Assembly (NCBI GenBank): GCA_047456315.1
Contig: CP179889.1
Location: 192,776 to 256,775 of the forward strand
Reading direction: 5' to 3'
Origin: Candidatus Nealsonbacteria bacterium
GTDB taxonomy: Bacteria; Patescibacteriota; Minisyncoccia; Minisyncoccales; JANBVM01
Length of the DNA: 64,000 nucleotides
Part shown: piece after piece, positions 62,033-64,000 of the stretch
Numbering within the stretch: the first letter of the stretch is position 1
How the letters are laid out: every line of letters starts with the position of its first letter
Notes under the pieces: generated by a model
What the model was told of the DNA's origin: nothing
What the model saw: only the letters and a program-made list of their open reading frames with translations
Database searches by the model: none
Translations under genes and position numbers: made by a program

Positions 62033-62062
62033 GGCCCTGCTTGCAGGGTCTTTTGCTTTTTT
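62033..62062 (+). terminator. Intrinsic terminator ~50 nt downstream of the 61951 promoter
   Basis: GGCCCT, loop GCTTGC, AGGGTC (one G-U pair), followed by TTTTGCTTTTTT. Confidence 0.55.
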
Positions 62063-62117
62063 GAGCTTTTTGTCTTTTTTTTCTAATTCTTTATAATTAA
62101 ACTAGGTTAGGGGACTG

Positions 62118-62603
62118 GTGTTTACTATAACATCTGCTAATTTTATGAACCCAAGCAATAAGAAATCAAAAAACAGCAAAGAAGTTGTAGTTGCAGTTTC
62201 CGGTTATTTTAACCCCCTACATGTTGGGCATGTTAGATATTTGAAAGAAGCAAAGAAGCTTGGAACAAAATTAATAGTAATAATCAACTCAGATAAACAA
62301 TCTAAGCTTAAAGGAAGTTTTGCTTTTATGAACGAGAAGGAAAGGGCTGAAATAGTTTCTTCTTTGAAGCCCGTAGATGAAGTCGTCTTGTCAATTGATA
62401 GAGATAAAACAGTTTGTAAAACTTTAGAATTAATCAAACCAAGCATATTTGCCAAGGGAGGAGACAGGGCACTGGATAATATTCCAGAAAGGGAAGTTTG
62501 CGAAAAATTTGGCATTAAGATGCTTTTTAATGTCGGAGGAGGAAAGATTCAATCAAGTTCGTGGTTAATATCTAAATGCGTAAATGGAAAGAATAAACAA
62601 TAG
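62118..62603 (+). CDS. Cytidylyl/adenylyltransferase-family protein (TagD / RfaE-domain-II-like)
   Basis: VVAVSGYFNPLHVGHVRYLKEAKKLG (nucleotidyltransferase H-x-G-H motif). 161 aa from GTG 62118. An alternative start is ATG 62145. Confidence 0.7.
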   Translation: MFTITSANFMNPSNKKSKNSKEVVVAVSGYFNPLHVGHVRYLKEAKKLGTKLIVIINSDKQSKLKGSFAFMNEKERAEIVSSLKPVDEVVLSIDRDKTVCKTLELIKPSIFAKGGDRALDNIPEREVCEKFGIKMLFNVGGGKIQSSSWLISKCVNGKNKQ

Positions 62604-62724
62604 GATTTTAAGAATCTCTTTTCTTTTTTTAAATAATACCTTAGAATATAAATGAGTCAGGAGGATAGCACTCACTAAAGACTTAGAATAGGAGTAACTC
62701 TCCTGGCTCATTAAAGTTAAAAAT

Positions 62725-63693
62725 ATGGATAATAAAGACTTTGCTCAGTTAAAAAGTGCTTTTCCAAATATCCAATCCAATGTTTCTTTAAGAGATTACT
62801 CTGCTTTTAAGATTGGGGGAGAAGCAAAATACTTCTTAGTTATCAGAACAAAGGATGAGTTAATTGAAGCAGTTGAGTTGGCAAGAGAAAACAATCTGCC
62901 AATTTTTATTTTAGGAGGAGGAAGTAAACTATTAATATCTGATAAAGATTTTAATGGACTTGTAATAAAAATTCAGAGTTCAGGGTTTAAAGTTAATGAT
63001 TTCAAGATTTTTGCAGAATCAGGCCTTTCAACAGCAAAGTTAACAGAAATTGCTTTGGAAAATAATTTGACTGGTCTGGAATGGTTAAAAGGAATTCCAG
63101 GAACAGTTGGCGGAGCAATAAGAGGCAATGCAGGAGCTTTTGATGGCTCAATGAAAAATGTGATTAGTTTTGTTGAGGTTTTTGACAAAAAAGAAGAAAA
63201 ATTAAAAATTTTTAAAAACAAAAATTGCAGATTTGCTTACAGGACAAGTGTTTTTAAAGAAAATCCAGATTTAATTATTTTATCTTGCACTCTTCAATTA
63301 AAAAAAGGAAACAAAACTCAAATTGAAAATAAAATGAAAGAATATTTAAATTACCGCACCAGAACTCAACCTTTAAATTATCCTTCTGCTGGAAGTGTTT
63401 TTAAGAACTTTGATTTAAATAAAATTGAAAATAAATTATTTGAAAAGTTTCCTGAATTCAAAAAATTTAGAAAAACAAAAATTATTCCAGCCGGATTTTT
63501 AATAGAAAAAGCGGGATTAAAAGGAAAAATTATTGGAGGCGCTAAAGTTTCAGAAAAACACGCAAACTTTATTGTTAATTTTAAAAACGCAACAGCAAAA
63601 GACGTTAAAGAATTAATAGATTTGATAAAAAATAAAGTTAAAGATAAATTCAAAATTGAATTAGAAGAAGAAGTTCAGTATTTTAACTTTTAA
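62725..63693 (+). CDS. murB: UDP-N-acetylenolpyruvoylglucosamine reductase
   Basis: FKIGGEAKYF, ILGGGSKLLISD, GIPGTVGGAIRGNAGAF, PSAGSVFKN, GGAKVSEKHANFIVN. Confidence 0.85.
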   Translation: MDNKDFAQLKSAFPNIQSNVSLRDYSAFKIGGEAKYFLVIRTKDELIEAVELARENNLPIFILGGGSKLLISDKDFNGLVIKIQSSGFKVNDFKIFAESGLSTAKLTEIALENNLTGLEWLKGIPGTVGGAIRGNAGAFDGSMKNVISFVEVFDKKEEKLKIFKNKNCRFAYRTSVFKENPDLIILSCTLQLKKGNKTQIENKMKEYLNYRTRTQPLNYPSAGSVFKNFDLNKIENKLFEKFPEFKKFRKTKIIPAGFLIEKAGLKGKIIGGAKVSEKHANFIVNFKNATAKDVKELIDLIKNKVKDKFKIELEEEVQYFNF

Positions 63694-64000
63694 ATTTTTA
63701 AAACTTATTAAGCATTTTTAAAAAACAAGGAACAAAAACTAAACTTTGTTCTTTTTTTGTTTCAAAAACTAAAAAGTTTTTTGAAAAAGTTAAAAAATTA
63801 GTTTTTAACACTTGACATTATTCTTTGAAGTGAAAAAATAAAATAATAAATGAAAAAGATTTAGAAAAATTTTAAAGTTTAAAAGTTTTTCAAAATTAAT
63901 TTCTAAAAAAGGCAATAGAGAAGTCGACTATCTGCCTGGAAAAATAAATAATTTTTTCAAAACATGGTAAAAAGAAGAAAAAGAACAGCAACAAAAAAGA

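Noticed and set aside
63965-64000. ATG GTA AAA AGA AGA AAA AGA ACA GCA ACA AAA AAG..., a highly basic ORF start (MVKRRKRTATKK) at the window edge.
   Set aside because: Only 12 codons are visible, so neither a real gene nor a product can be supported.

Overview
The window is AT-rich and gene-dense, with most genes on the + strand. It carries clearly bacterial genes (nusA, clpP, murB, plsY, an ECF sigma factor) next to archaeal-type genes (CarS-like CDP-archaeol synthase, DUF359 dephospho-CoA kinase, and a thiolase with a DUF35-like partner). It also has tRNAs without encoded CCA, a giant peptidoglycan-binding surface protein and a TrbC-like pilin tail. Together these suggest a Patescibacteria/CPR-like bacterium, which is an inference. 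Layout: 0.1-8.8 kb holds cca, tRNA-Pro(CGG), tRNA-Ala(CGC), CDP-lipid and head-group genes, a FakA-like DAK2 protein, and thiolase / DUF359 / DUF35-like genes. 8.8-18.6 kb is a lipid and biotin cluster: bioY, fabG, a FabZ::FabK-like fusion, fabK, two plsC-like genes, accC, a BCCP gene, a minimal birA, a carboxyltransferase gene and plsY. 18.7-22.3 kb holds nusA, clpP and PKD and FN3/pilin-like surface proteins. 22.3-32.5 kb is an accessory island with a HicB-like gene, a single-chain type IIG restriction-modification enzyme, a tyrosine recombinase, four minus-strand genes (two DUF4145-family, one AbiTii-like with a TM anchor, one unknown) led by repeated ~100-nt elements, a tRNA 3'-end-like remnant, and an XRE-DUF4065(Panacea)/RelE-like toxin-antitoxin pair. 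32.5-38.9 kb encodes an HTH regulator, an ECF sigma, an anti-sigma-like protein and a 1361-aa repeat-rich surface protein. 38.9-60.2 kb is a large surface-glycan locus. 60.2-64 kb encodes an HExxH/PG-binding protein, a cytidylyltransferase and murB. The two candidates for undescribed biology that I rank highest are (i) the repeat-led DUF4145/AbiTii modules in the island and (ii) a fatty-acid-type cluster with no ACP, FabD or FabH/F in the window but with an archaeal-type thiolase/DUF35 pair and a FabZ::FabK fusion. All protein-family calls come from motif recognition by eye. No database search was run.
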